In this document: piece after piece, positions 40,346 through 49,889 of the stretch
How the letters are laid out: each line of letters opens with the position of its first letter
Numbering within the stretch: the stretch's first letter is position 1
Assembly: GCA_963836025.1 (NCBI GenBank)
Contig: CAWIIE010000005.1
Coordinates: 202,285-266,284, forward strand
Length of the DNA stretch: 64,000 bases
DNA from: an uncultured Actinomycetota bacterium
Lineage (GTDB): Bacteria > Actinomycetota > Actinomycetes > JBEVHX01
Direction of reading: 5' to 3'
The notes under the pieces: generated by a model
What the model was told of the DNA's origin: nothing
Database searches by the model: none
The model's input: the letters and a program-made list of their open reading frames with translations, nothing else
Program-made: the position numbers and the translations under genes

Positions 40346-41095
40346 TCACCGGCGTTCGGTGATCTCCGGGCCGCGCTCGAACGGGTTGAGGTCGTCGACG
40401 ACCGTGGTGGACGACTCGGGAGCATCCTGGCCGGCGCCAGCGGCCGGGCCGGGCGTCGGAAGTCGCAGCGCCAGCAGCTCGCGCGGCGGCATGGCCTCCT
40501 GGCCACGGACCACCACGACGCCGCGGAACACGTCGATCAAGCGGTTCGCGAGCCCGGGGTCGGTCAGCGCCCGGCCGGAGAGCACCCCGCGCAGGAACCA
40601 GCGCGGACCATCAACGCCGATGAAGCGCACCGGCTGGCTCACCGTCTTGCCGTCCGGCGCGTTCGCGGTGACGGTCGCATACAGCTCTGGGCCAAACGGG
40701 CCGTCGGCCTCGCGGGGCGAACCCTTGTGCGCGGTCAGCCCGGTCTGCAGCTCCTCCCGGATCTCGTCCCACAGCCCCAACGTCCGCGGCGCGGCAAACG
40801 CCTGCAGCTGCAACGCACCCTGGCCCATCACCAAGTTCACGGCGACCGGACGCTGGCTGGCCTGGTCGACGTCGACCCGGATCTCCATTCCCGGCGCGCC
40901 GGGGATGCGCAGCGCGCCCAAGTCGAGCTGCGGCCGGTCGTCGCCGGGCCGGCCCTCCTCTTCCGAGTCCCACGGGCCATCGGAACGCGAGCGAAGCGTG
41001 TGCAGCTCCGGCTCTCCCGGCTCGGGCTCGACCGGCGCCGCCTCGACTTCGCCCTCGACGCCCTCTTCGGCTGCGCGCCGTCGTCGACGGAACAT
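40346..41095 (-). CDS. DUF3710-like protein (Rv2696c-like)
   Basis: Intact 249 aa, directly downstream of dut. 'GPWDSEE', 'LDLGALRIPGAPGMEIRV', 'GPRWFLRGVLSG'. Confidence 0.6.
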   Translation of the reverse strand: MFRRRRRAAEEGVEGEVEAAPVEPEPGEPELHTLRSRSDGPWDSEEEGRPGDDRPQLDLGALRIPGAPGMEIRVDVDQASQRPVAVNLVMGQGALQLQAFAAPRTLGLWDEIREELQTGLTAHKGSPREADGPFGPELYATVTANAPDGKTVSQPVRFIGVDGPRWFLRGVLSGRALTDPGLANRLIDVFRGVVVVRGQEAMPPRELLALRLPTPGPAAGAGQDAPESSTTVVDDLNPFERGPEITERR

Positions 41096-41098
41096 CCG

Positions 41099-41587
41099 TT
41101 ACTCCCCCTCTGAAACTGACGCACCGACAGACACTCCGGTCGACACTCCGGTCGACCCGAATCCTCCCGCACCCCGGTCCGAACCCGGCAACCGCTCGAC
41201 CTCGTGGAAGCGCGCGCGCTCGACCCGTTGGATGACCAGCTGCGCGATCCGGTCACCCGCCTCGAACACCACCGGCTCCCGCGGGTCGAGGTTGATCACG
41301 CTGACCTGGATCTCGCCCCGGAACCCGGCGTCGACGGTGCCCGGCGCGTTCACCAGGCTCACCCCGTAGCGCACGGCAAGCCCGGACCGCGGATGCACGA
41401 AGGCGGCATACCCGCGCGGCAGCGCAATCGCCACCCCGGTCGGCAACAGTGCGCGTTCGCTCGGCGCGAGGACGCAGCCCACGGTCGTATGCAGGTCGGC
41501 GCCCGCGTCGCCCGCGTGCGCATACGCCGGCAACTGGGCCGCCGGCTGGACCCGGGTGATCAGCACGTCGACCGAGCCATCGGTCAC
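41099..41587 (-). CDS. dut: dUTP diphosphatase
   Basis: 'AGADLHT', 'HPRSGLA', 'NAPGTVDAGFRGEI', 'GDRIAQLV', 'GSDRGAGGFGSTG'. Intact 162 aa. Confidence 0.95.
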   Translation of the reverse strand: MTDGSVDVLITRVQPAAQLPAYAHAGDAGADLHTTVGCVLAPSERALLPTGVAIALPRGYAAFVHPRSGLAVRYGVSLVNAPGTVDAGFRGEIQVSVINLDPREPVVFEAGDRIAQLVIQRVERARFHEVERLPGSDRGAGGFGSTGVSTGVSVGASVSEGE

Positions 41588-42147
41588 GGGTTGACCTCAA
41601 ACTCACGGCGGACCGCTCGGGTCCGGTCGTCGGCGATCGCCTTCGCGACGTCCTCCGGCCGGCCGTGCGACCGGAAGTGCTCGAGCCCGACGGTGATGAA
41701 GGTCGCCGCTGCCGTGACGGCGAGCGGGCCATCCGCTGAGTCGAGCCGCCCTTCGGCGGTGGTGAACACCTTGCGCCCGGTCTGCCCCTTGACCATCGCG
41801 CTGATGAACAGCGTGCGGCCGACCGGAACGGGTCGGCGGAAGTCGGTCTCGAGCCGCCCGGTCACCGCCGGGATCCGGATCAGCCAGTTGAGCGCACCCA
41901 TGGACTCGTCGAAGGCCGCGCTGAGCAGGCCGCCGTGCGCCAGCCCGGGCGCGCCCTGATGGTGCTCGGTCACGGTGAACTCGGCAGTGAGCGTCAGCCC
42001 TTCGCCGGCCGTGACCTGCAGGTGCAGGCCGGTGGAGTGATCCACGCCACAGCCGAAGCAAAACGCATAGTGCGCGGGGATCCTCGACCCGGGAGCGGGC
42101 GCATCGGGGTGCCGGGGCGGCAGTGACACGTCGGCGGTGGCAGTCAC
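41584..42147 (-). CDS. PaaI-family (hotdog-fold) thioesterase
   Basis: From GTG 42147 'VTATADVS..CFGCGVDHSTGLHLQV..HQGAPGLAHGGLLSAAFDESMG..'. 4-nt overlap with the dut start. Confidence 0.7.
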   Translation of the reverse strand: MTATADVSLPPRHPDAPAPGSRIPAHYAFCFGCGVDHSTGLHLQVTAGEGLTLTAEFTVTEHHQGAPGLAHGGLLSAAFDESMGALNWLIRIPAVTGRLETDFRRPVPVGRTLFISAMVKGQTGRKVFTTAEGRLDSADGPLAVTAAATFITVGLEHFRSHGRPEDVAKAIADDRTRAVRREFEVNP

Positions 42148-42195
42148 GGACGCGACCCTACGCCGGGAGAGCGAACCGCCTGGCAGGCTCTGGGG

Positions 42196-42687
42196 GTGAC
42201 CCCGGCGAGCCAGGTGGTGTATGACGAGCGGCTGTTCGTCCCGGTGTGGGTCTGGGGGGTGGCGTTCCTGCTCGCGTCGAGTCTCGGGATCGCGTTCGGC
42301 GCCGCCCTCGGCGCACCGGTCGGCTGGGCGGTGTTCGCGCTGGCCGCGGCGGTCGCGCTTGGCCTGCTGGTCGCCGAGGCGGGGCGTGTGCGCGTCGATC
42401 TCGACCGGCTGGTCGCAGGCCGCGCCCACCTGCCGCTCACGTCGGTGGGCCGGGTGGCCGCACTCGACAGCCGCGACGCTGCTCGGACGCGCGGGCGGGA
42501 CGCGGACCCCCGCGCGTACCTCTACCTCAAGGGCTGGGTGCCGACCGCCGTCCGGGTCGACCTGGTCGACCGGGTCGACCCGACGCCGTACTGGTATGTC
42601 ACGACCCGGCATCCGGACCGGCTCGCCGACGCGCTGATCGAGGCCCGCGATGCCCAACGTGGACAGACTGACGGTTCAGCGCCCTGA
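42196..42687 (+). CDS. DUF3093-like membrane protein (Rv2698-like)
   Basis: Two N-terminal TM helices, 'YLYLKGWVPTAVRVDL..DPTPYWYVTTRHP'. Intact. Confidence 0.6.
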   Translation: MTPASQVVYDERLFVPVWVWGVAFLLASSLGIAFGAALGAPVGWAVFALAAAVALGLLVAEAGRVRVDLDRLVAGRAHLPLTSVGRVAALDSRDAARTRGRDADPRAYLYLKGWVPTAVRVDLVDRVDPTPYWYVTTRHPDRLADALIEARDAQRGQTDGSAP

Positions 42688-42741
42688 GCATCGGGCAGGC
42701 TGGGCACACTGCACACACAGTCCATCGACGAGGAGGAGTCC

Positions 42742-43005
42742 GTGGCGCGGACACGAGGGGACCGTTCCTGGCAGATCGTCACGGCTCTGACCACGGTCGC
42801 CAGCACGATGGCCGCAAAGAAGGCCGTCGACTTCGTCTGGGTGACCGCGGCCGGCAAGCGGCCGCCGGAAAGCCCCGAAGACCAGGAGACGTCGTGGAAG
42901 GAAGCAGCGGCGTTCGCGGCGACGACCGGTGTGGTGGCTGGGGTCACGCGGCTGGGCCTGAACCGCGCCGCCGCGCGGAAGTGGGCTAAGCCGGGGGCGT
43001 CGTAG
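42742..43005 (+). CDS. DUF4235-like small protein
   Basis: 87 aa 'WQIVTALTTVASTMAAKKAVDFVW'. GTG start after GAGGAGGAG. Confidence 0.5.
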   Translation: MARTRGDRSWQIVTALTTVASTMAAKKAVDFVWVTAAGKRPPESPEDQETSWKEAAAFAATTGVVAGVTRLGLNRAAARKWAKPGAS

Positions 43006-43837
43006 ACCCGCGGCGTCTGCGCGGGTCGAGCAGCCGGTTCACCACCCGGCCGGTCAGGCCGCCGGTCAGCGGCGCCCGGCGCCGCAGGTCCGCCCGGAGC
43101 GCGTCGCTGAGCTTCTGCGTCTGCCGGTAGTTGCTGCGGCCCCCGATGGCCGCACCCGCCATCATCGGGGCCAGCGTGCCGATGTTCAGGCCGGCCCGGG
43201 CGGCGACCCGCCGACCGACCTGTTGGCGTGCGACCGGTCCGACGACGTTCAGGAGGGACGTCGGCTGGGCTGGGTTCACGCCCCGGCGGTTCGCCCAGGC
43301 CATGACAAATGCGGTCCCACGCTGCGAGCCGGTGCCGGACACGGGCACCGCATACGCCTCGTGCAGCTCGGCCACCAGCTTGACCTCGATGGCTGCGACC
43401 GCAAGGGTCTGCACCGCGAGCTGGAGCGGGAACGTGAGCAGGGTCCACGGCGCGGTGTACTTGACCGCCGACAGCGCACCGCCCGCGATGCCCACGGCCG
43501 CGGTCGCCCGCGCCGCGTTGCGGGACAGCGAATCTGCCAGCAGGTCGCCGTGTAGCCCTCGGTGATGGCGTTGCAGGGTCTCGAGGTCCCGAACCGGGAT
43601 GTGCGGGGCGGCCTCGATGAGCAGGTCGCCAAGCCAGCGACCCGTCGCCACGGCACCGGCGCCGGCCGCATGCGCGCTGCGGGCGAGCGCGGCCGTCAGC
43701 TGCGCGGCGAGCTTGCTCCGCTCACCTGCCGAGCGCGGCTCGTCGTCGCTGCCGACGGAATACCGCGCCAGCAACTCGCCCGCGCTGGGCCGGCCCGAAG
43801 GCGCGGGGTCGCCGTCGGGCTCGGACATGCGGAACGT
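42986..43837 (-). CDS. Hypothetical protein (283 aa, Ala/Arg-rich with hydrophobic core segments)
   Basis: ATG 43837 within ORF 42986..43918. Coding-like composition, no family recognised. The 3' end overlaps the convergent DUF4235 gene by 20 nt. Confidence 0.45.
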   Translation of the reverse strand, partial: TFRMSEPDGDPAPSGRPSAGELLARYSVGSDDEPRSAGERSKLAAQLTAALARSAHAAGAGAVATGRWLGDLLIEAAPHIPVRDLETLQRHHRGLHGDLLADSLSRNAARATAAVGIAGGALSAVKYTAPWTLLTFPLQLAVQTLAVAAIEVKLVAELHEAYAVPVSGTGSQRGTAFVMAWANRRGVNPAQPTSLLNVVGPVARQQVGRRVAARAGLNIGTLAPMMAGAAIGGRSNYRQTQKLSDALRADLRRRAPLTGGLTGRVVNRLLDPRRRRGSTTPPA

Positions 43838-43842
43838 GTTCG

Positions 43843-44139
43843 TCACGCGCAGTCGGCGCAGACGGGTTGACCCTTGACCTCCTTGGCCAACTGGCTGCGG
43901 TGGTGGACGAGGAAGCAACGGGAGCAGGTGAACTCGTCAGCCTGCCGCGGCAGCACTCGCACCGAGAGCTCTTCGTTCGACAGGTCGGCGCCGGGGAGCT
44001 CAAGGGACTCAGCGAGCTCGGCCTCGTCGACGTCGATCGCGCCGGACGTGGCATCCGCCCGCCGCGCCTTCAGTTCATCAAGGCTCTCTTCGGCAAGCTC
44101 TTCATCCGTCTTGCGCGGAGTGTCGTAATCAGTTGCCAT
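43843..44139 (-). CDS. DUF4193-like protein (Rv2699c-like)
   Basis: 'MATDYDTPRKTDEE..' acidic N-terminus, C-terminal 'FTCSRCFLVHH..CADC' zinc-ribbon. ATG 44139 after GGAGG. Confidence 0.7.
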   Translation of the reverse strand: MATDYDTPRKTDEELAEESLDELKARRADATSGAIDVDEAELAESLELPGADLSNEELSVRVLPRQADEFTCSRCFLVHHRSQLAKEVKGQPVCADCA

Positions 44140-44314
44140 TGAGGTTCGTTCCTCCGGGTGGAGCAATTCGGGGGGTTTCCGGCCAGATCGTGCGCTTGTG
44201 CGGGCTCAACGCAGAACCCTCCTCGTTTGTGCCCGTCGAGGCGGGCATTGTGCCGCATAGGAGGATGCCGCACATACAACCCGTGGACCACGCCGTCGAT
44301 TCCGGAGGACCACC

Positions 44315-44833
44315 GTGCCCGTCTATGCCCTCGGACAGCACGAACCACACATCGATCCGGGCGCCTGGGTGCATCCCGACGCGGTGCTGATCGGGCAGGT
44401 GGAGATCGGCGCCGGCTCAACCGTGTGGCCCACTGCTGTGCTTCGCGCGGACCGCAATCGCATCCAGGTCGGCGAGCGCACTTCGGTCCAGGACGGCACC
44501 GTGGTCCACTGCACCGCCGACCTGCCGACCCTCATCGGCTCCGACTGTGTCATCGGTCACAACGCGCACCTCGAGGGCTGCACGATCGAAGACGGCTGCC
44601 TGGTTGGCTCGGGGTCGGTCGTCCTGCACCACGTCGTGGTGCGCACCGGGGCGTTGGTGGGCGCTGGCGCGGTCGTGTCGAACGGCACCGAAGTCCCGGC
44701 GCGGGCCATGGCGCTCGGCGTGCCGGCGCGGATCAAGCCGAACGCGGTCGAGCCCGGGACGTTCACCGCGGCGGTCGCGGGCTATGTCGAGGCCGGCCAG
44801 CTGTATCGCGACCAGCTCAGGCTCATCGGCTGA
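44315..44833 (+). CDS. Gamma-carbonic-anhydrase-family (left-handed beta-helix) protein
   Basis: Hexapeptide repeats, 'VWPTAVLRAD', 'VQDGTVVH', 'IGHNAHLEGC'. Intact 172 aa. Confidence 0.85.
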   Translation: MPVYALGQHEPHIDPGAWVHPDAVLIGQVEIGAGSTVWPTAVLRADRNRIQVGERTSVQDGTVVHCTADLPTLIGSDCVIGHNAHLEGCTIEDGCLVGSGSVVLHHVVVRTGALVGAGAVVSNGTEVPARAMALGVPARIKPNAVEPGTFTAAVAGYVEAGQLYRDQLRLIG

Positions 44834-44839
44834 CCCGGG

Positions 44840-45697
44840 CTACCTCCGCGGCGTGGGCCAGATCGACCGAACAACCCGGTCCCACACCACGTCCGGCAGC
44901 AGCCGACGCCCGGTGATGAGCGACTTCGCGACCACGCCGACCGCGTACCGCGGGCGCGGGTGGTCGCCGGCCGCGCGCAGGACCGCACTCGCCACCGCCT
45001 CCGGGGTCACGTTCCGTTCGGCCGACTTGCCGGAGTATGCGGTCGCGTACCGCTGCGCGAGCTCGTGGTTGAACGCCGCATACGGACCGGGAGCGGCGCC
45101 GAGGTCGATGGTCGCGACCGCCGTGTCGGCGAAGGCGGACTGCACCGGCCCGGGCTGAATCACGGACACCGTGACGCCGAACGGCGCCGTCTCCAGCCGC
45201 AGCGCGTCACTGATGGCCTCCACCGCGTGCTTGCTGGCGTGGTAGTAGCCCCCGCCGGGCAGCGTGATCCGACCGCCCATCGAGCCGATGTTGATGATGC
45301 GCCCCCAGCCCTGGGCCCGCATGGACGGCAGCACCAGCTGGCAGAGGCGGGCCAGCCCGAACACGTTGGTCTCGAACTGCTTCCGGACCTCGTCCATGCT
45401 GGCCTCCTCCACCGTGCAGGTCAGCGAGTAGCCGGCGTTGTTGACCAGGACGCCGACGGCGCCGTGTTCCGCAACCACCCGGTCGACGGCGGCTTGCATC
45501 GACGACTCATCGGTCACGTCGAGGGCCAGCGTGCTGATGCCGCGGTCGGCCAGCTCCTGCAGCGTCTCGGCCCGGCGTGCGGTCGCGTACACCGCATACC
45601 CGGCGTCGTGCAGCGCCAGTGCGGTCGCTCGCCCGATGCCGGATGAGCAGCCGGTGACCAGCGCTGCGACGCTGCCGGGTCCGCTGCGACGCGTCAT
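44840..45697 (-). CDS. Short-chain dehydrogenase/reductase
   Basis: '[13 protein letters not shown]', 'NNAG', 'YHASK'. Intact 285 aa. Confidence 0.85.
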   Translation of the reverse strand: MTRRSGPGSVAALVTGCSSGIGRATALALHDAGYAVYATARRAETLQELADRGISTLALDVTDESSMQAAVDRVVAEHGAVGVLVNNAGYSLTCTVEEASMDEVRKQFETNVFGLARLCQLVLPSMRAQGWGRIINIGSMGGRITLPGGGYYHASKHAVEAISDALRLETAPFGVTVSVIQPGPVQSAFADTAVATIDLGAAPGPYAAFNHELAQRYATAYSGKSAERNVTPEAVASAVLRAAGDHPRPRYAVGVVAKSLITGRRLLPDVVWDRVVRSIWPTPRR

Positions 45698-46521
45698 GTG
45701 GTGCCTCCTGTGGTGAGTGTGTCCACCCCCGCCTCGATGAGCAGAGCGTGCAGGTCGTCGAACAGCTCGGGGCGGGTGGCGATGACCATGGCCTGCCCGG
45801 CAGCCGCGCCCCGGAGCCCCTCGACCCGCGCGCCGGCCTCCCGAGCGATCAGCCCGCCCGCCGCCAGGTCCCAGGGCTGCAGGCCTTGCTCGACGTATGC
45901 GTCCACCCGGCCGGCGGCGAGCAGACTCAGATCGAGAGAGGCGGCCCCGATCCGCCGGATGTCGCGCACCCGCGGCAGCACGGATGCCACGACCGCCGCC
46001 TGCCGCGCCCGCCGCGCAGCGTCGTACCCGAACCCGGTGGCCAGCAGCACCTGCCCGAGCTCCGCGGCCGCCCCGACCGTGATCGGGTCGCCGTTGCAGG
46101 TCGCGCCGCCGCCGCGGGTGGCCGCATACGTATCACCGAGGGCAGGTGCGTGCACGACGCCGGCAACGACCTCACCGTCGACTTCGGCCGCGACCGAGAC
46201 GGTCCACTCCCGCAGGCCGTACAGGTAGTTGACCGTGCCGTCGATCGGGTCGAGCAGCCAACGCACGCCCGACGCGCCGGATCGCTCGCCACCTTCCTCG
46301 CCGAGGATCCCGTCGTCGGGGCGGGCCTCGAGCAGGTGCTCGACCAGCAGCCGCTCGGAGGCCCGGTCCATGACGGTGACGACGTCGGTTGGGCTCGACT
46401 TCGTCGAGACGCCGAGATCGGCCGGGCGCTGCACGAGCAACCCGCCGGCCGCGCGGGCAACCCGTTCGGCGAGGACGACCAGCTCGGCTGCGTCGACTGG
46501 TTCGGCCCGGTCGCTCAGCAC
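45694..46521 (-). CDS. Inositol-monophosphatase-family protein
   Basis: From GTG 46521 (GTGCTGA overlap with the reconstructed hemH stop). 'DPIDGTVNY', 'WDLAAG'. It is the 3' part of the fused ORF 45694..47613. Confidence 0.8.
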   Translation of the reverse strand: MLSDRAEPVDAAELVVLAERVARAAGGLLVQRPADLGVSTKSSPTDVVTVMDRASERLLVEHLLEARPDDGILGEEGGERSGASGVRWLLDPIDGTVNYLYGLREWTVSVAAEVDGEVVAGVVHAPALGDTYAATRGGGATCNGDPITVGAAAELGQVLLATGFGYDAARRARQAAVVASVLPRVRDIRRIGAASLDLSLLAAGRVDAYVEQGLQPWDLAAGGLIAREAGARVEGLRGAAAGQAMVIATRPELFDDLHALLIEAGVDTLTTGGTT

Positions 46522-47613
46522 TGCGCCACGACCGGCAGCCGGCGGCCCGCGGGTTCGGGCAGCAGTGTGGCTGGCAGCAGGACCACACATCCGAACGGCG
46601 CTCGACTCGTTCGAGCACCAGGTCGCGCACCATCGCAACGAACGACGGATGCACGCCAGGGGTCGCCGCCCGGACGAACGGCAGGCCGATCTCCGCGGCC
46701 ACCGCGGCCGCCTCGGTGTCGAGGTCGTGCACGACCTCCATGTGGTCGGACACGAAGCCGATCGGTACCACGACCACGCCCGGCACCCCCTTGTCCGCGA
46801 GCACCCGAAGATGGTCCGACACATCCGGCTCGAGCCAGGGTTGCGACGGCTGCCCCGAGCGGGACTGGAAGACCAGGTCCCACTCGGGTGTGCGCCCGGT
46901 CCGCTCGGCGACGCCGCGCGCGACCGCATCGGCGACCGCGCGGTGCTGCGCGATGTATGCACCGCCGCTGGGTCCGCTGGTCTCGGCCATGGCCAGGGGC
47001 AGCGAGTGCGTGCTGAACAGCACGCGGGCATCGTCGCGGATGCGGTCGTCGAGCCGGCCCAACGCCTCAACCGTCGTGTCGACGAAGCACGCCGCGAACC
47101 CCGGATGGTCGAAGAACGGCCGCACCTTGTCGACGGTCGGCGCCCGCTGACCAACGGTTGCGCGCGCGACAGCCAGGTCCTCGCGGTACTGCCGGCACCC
47201 CGAGTACGACGAGTAGGCGGAGGTGACGACGGCGAGCGCATGCCGGCGGCCGTCATCGGCCATAGCTCGCAGCGTGTCCGCGAGGTACGGCCGCCAGTTG
47301 CGGTTGCCCCAGTACACCGGCAGGTCGAGGCCGTGCCCGTCGAAGTCCGCCTGCACGGCCGCGAGCAGGTCGCGGTTGTGCTGGTTGATCGGGCTGACCC
47401 CGCCGCGCGCGAGGTAGTGCTCGGCGACCTGCAGTAGCCGATCCCTGGGCACCCTCGGCTTCCATCCCGGTCGCGATCTCCTCGACTCCGCTGCGCTCCG
47501 TCTGCGTCGTTCACTCCACTGGTCACGTTCTCAAGGAACGGCAGCACCTCGTCGGGTCCCTCCGGCCCGCCGAAGGAGACGAGCAGCACCGAGTCGTAGC
47601 GTCCTTGGCTCAC
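46515..47613 (-). pseudogene. hemH: Ferrochelatase (coproporphyrin ferrochelatase CpfC-type with C-terminal Cys cluster), carrying a 60-nt repeat insertion and two frame changes
   Basis: '[22 protein letters not shown]' (ORF 45694..47613), then '[56 protein letters not shown]' (ORF 46172..47452). A missing G in the GGG run at 47452-47454. Late junction near 46530 gives stop TGA at 46515. Confidence 0.85.
47461..47520. repeat. A+B copy of the 27-nt-period repeat family, inserted in hemH
   Basis: 47469-47519 matches 11535-11585 at 45/51 positions in the same orientation. It lies between the conserved ENVT and (S)RGVPRDRL codons, where orthologues have only about 1-2 residues. Confidence 0.8.
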
Positions 47614-47643
47614 CGCGTCATCCTCCCCCGTTAGGTTCCAGGG

Positions 47644-48855
47644 ATGCCGAACCCCTACGTCGCGGTGCTGCGGGCGCCACGCGCGTGGCGCTTCTCGGCG
47701 GCCGGGTTCGTCGCTCGGTTACCGATCTCGATGCTCGGGATCGGCACCGTCCTGCTGGTCGAGAACGCCACCGGCTCGTACGGGCTGGCCGGGGCGGTGT
47801 CGGCGACGTTGGCGATCGCGGCGGCGGTGGGCGGCCCGCTGCTCGCCCGGTTCGTCGACCGCTTCGGGCAGCGCCGGATCGGCCTGCCCTCCCTGGTGCT
47901 GCACGTGGCCGGGCTGGTCGGGCTCGTGGTCGCGGCGGATGTCGACGCACCGACCGTGTTTCTGTTTCTCACCGCGATGGTGGCCGGCGCCTTCCAGCCG
48001 GCGGTCGGGTCGTTCGTGCGTGCCCGCTGGGCCGTGCTGTTCAGCGGAACCGATCGGCTGCGGACCGCATACTCCCTCGAGGCGGTGGTCGACGAGCTGA
48101 TCTTCATCACCGGTCCGCCGCTGGTCATCGTGCTCGCCGTCACGGTCGGGGCCGACTGGGCGCTGCTGGCCACAGCCGTCATCGTCGGCGTCGGCACGTT
48201 GCTTCTGCTCGCCCAGCGCAGCACCGAGCCGCAGCCGCGGCGGCACGCGACGCACGCCGGCTCGGCGTTGCGGCAGACCGGCCTGCCGATGTGCGTGCTC
48301 GTGGCCTTCGCGCTCGGCGGCATCTTCGGTTCGGTCGAGATCACCGTGGTCGCGTTCGCCGACGAGCTGGGTCAGCCGGGCGCCGCCGGTCTGGTGCTCG
48401 CCGTGTATGCCGCAGGCAGCATGCTGGCCGGGCTTGCATACGGCGTAATCCACCCCCGGGCGCCGCTACGCCTGCAGTACCTGATCGGGTGCACGGCGAT
48501 GATGGTCGTGTCCGTGCCGCTGCCGTACGCGGGCAGCATCCCGGTGCTTTCGGCGCTGATCTTCGTTGCCGGCTTCGCGATCTCACCGACGTTGATCTCG
48601 GGGATCGCGCTGGTCGAGGAGCTGGTCCCGGCCAGCATGCTCACCGAGGGGCTGACCTGGGAGACAACCGGGCTCGTGGCCGGCGTCGCGGCGGGCGCCT
48701 CGTTGTCCGGTCCCATCGTCGACGCGTCCGGAGCCTCGGCCGCGTTTTGGGTGACGGTCGGCTTCTCGGTTGCGGCGGCCGCGATGGCGCTGCTCGCGCA
48801 GCCGAGCCTGCGGCGCGCCGCCGACTCGCCACACAGCCGAGCCCTCCCGGCGTAG
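47644..48855 (+). CDS. MFS transporter
   Basis: Intact 403 aa, 12 predicted TM helices. Divergent from hemH. Confidence 0.8.
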   Translation: MPNPYVAVLRAPRAWRFSAAGFVARLPISMLGIGTVLLVENATGSYGLAGAVSATLAIAAAVGGPLLARFVDRFGQRRIGLPSLVLHVAGLVGLVVAADVDAPTVFLFLTAMVAGAFQPAVGSFVRARWAVLFSGTDRLRTAYSLEAVVDELIFITGPPLVIVLAVTVGADWALLATAVIVGVGTLLLLAQRSTEPQPRRHATHAGSALRQTGLPMCVLVAFALGGIFGSVEITVVAFADELGQPGAAGLVLAVYAAGSMLAGLAYGVIHPRAPLRLQYLIGCTAMMVVSVPLPYAGSIPVLSALIFVAGFAISPTLISGIALVEELVPASMLTEGLTWETTGLVAGVAAGASLSGPIVDASGASAAFWVTVGFSVAAAAMALLAQPSLRRAADSPHSRALPA

Positions 48856-48889
48856 GCTCGCCCGCGTTCCGCCCGGACTGGTGCAGGGC

Positions 48890-49750
48890 ATGGCGAGGAG
48901 GAAGCCGGTGCAGGAGCTGCGGCTGGTTGGCGTGAGCGATGACGGCGCTCGAGTCGTCCTCGTCGACGCTGACGGCGCGCGCTTCGCGGTGCCGCTCGAC
49001 GACCGCCTTCGTGCCGCCGTCCGTGTCGACCGCACCCGCCTCGGACAGCTGGAGATCGACATGAACCATGAGCCCAGCCCGCGCGACATCCAGTCCGCGA
49101 TCAGGGCCGGTGGCAGCGTGCAGGACGTCGCCGAGGCCTTCGGTCTCAGCGTCGAGCGGGTCGAACGGTATGCCCGGCCGGTGCTCGGCGAACGGGTGCA
49201 CGTGCTGAACACCGCGATGGCCACTGCGGCCCGCCGCGGCGGCGGGCCCGACCAACCCTCGCTGGGCGCGCTGGTGACCGAGCGACTCGCGGAGCGCGGG
49301 GTGGACCCGGCCTCGCTGGAGTGGGACGCATGGCGGCGCGAGGACGGCAAGTGGTCGGTGCGGCTGGACTACGTCACCTCCAACCGACCGCGGCACGCGC
49401 TGTGGCAGTACGACTCCGCCGGGCGGTACCTGATGCCGGACGACGACGAGGCGCGCTGGCTGGTCGCCGAGGAGAGCCGCGACCAGGTCGTGCCGTTCGG
49501 TCGCCGGCCGGCTGCGGACGAGGAGGAGCTCGTTGACGAGTCCGCGGTGCAAACCACGGATGAGTCCGACCGACACGACACGATCCCGCTCGATCGACCC
49601 GCGGCCGCGGCGGCTTCAACCGACACCGAGCCCGCCGAGTCGGAGGAAGCGACCGACACCTCGGCGCCGGTAGCGGCCCGCAAGAAGGGCCGGGCCAGCG
49701 TCCCGTCCTGGGACGACATCGTCTTCGGCAGCCGGCGCTCGTCGGAGTAG
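48890..49750 (+). CDS. sepH: Septation protein SepH (DUF3071)
   Basis: 'ELRLVGVSDDGARVVLVDADGARFAVPLDDRLRAAV', 'SPRDIQSAIRAGGSVQDVAEAFGLSVERVERYARPVL', C-terminal 'KKGRASVPSWDDIVFG'. ATG 48890 within ORF 48770..49750. Confidence 0.8.
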   Translation: MARRKPVQELRLVGVSDDGARVVLVDADGARFAVPLDDRLRAAVRVDRTRLGQLEIDMNHEPSPRDIQSAIRAGGSVQDVAEAFGLSVERVERYARPVLGERVHVLNTAMATAARRGGGPDQPSLGALVTERLAERGVDPASLEWDAWRREDGKWSVRLDYVTSNRPRHALWQYDSAGRYLMPDDDEARWLVAEESRDQVVPFGRRPAADEEELVDESAVQTTDESDRHDTIPLDRPAAAAASTDTEPAESEEATDTSAPVAARKKGRASVPSWDDIVFGSRRSSE

Positions 49751-49760
49751 CTTCTTCGTT

Positions 49761-49889
49761 CGCTCAGCCGCGCTCGGCCCGAGCAACGCTCCACTCGCCG
49801 GATCACTTTTCCGGCATTTGCGGTCATGTCGGTCTTGGTCTGAACGCGAATGGACAGTTGCTGGGAACGCGCTCGCTCAGCCGCGCTCG
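49761..49889. repeat. 16-nt exact direct repeat pair flanking the sepH/sseA convergent spacer
   Basis: cgctcagccgcgctcg at 49761-49776 and 49874-49889. The second copy encodes the last codons and stop of the sulfurtransferase gene. Confidence 0.7.

Noticed and set aside
44249-44274. Inverted repeat tgtgccgcat-aggagg-atgccgcaca in the divergent spacer between the DUF4193 gene and the gamma-carbonic-anhydrase-like gene
   Set aside because: 9/10 complementarity only. The TGTG/CACA ends are too far apart for a CRP-type site. The AGGAGG-ATG it contains has zero spacing and opens an implausible ORF. There is not enough evidence to support a call.
45694-47613. A single 639-aa ORF suggesting a ferrochelatase-IMPase fusion protein
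   Set aside because: The middle of this ORF is out-of-frame read-through. Ferrochelatase motifs are in ORF 46172..47452, and the IMPase begins at GTG 46521, overlapping a reconstructed hemH stop (GTGCTGA). These are two genes, not a fusion.
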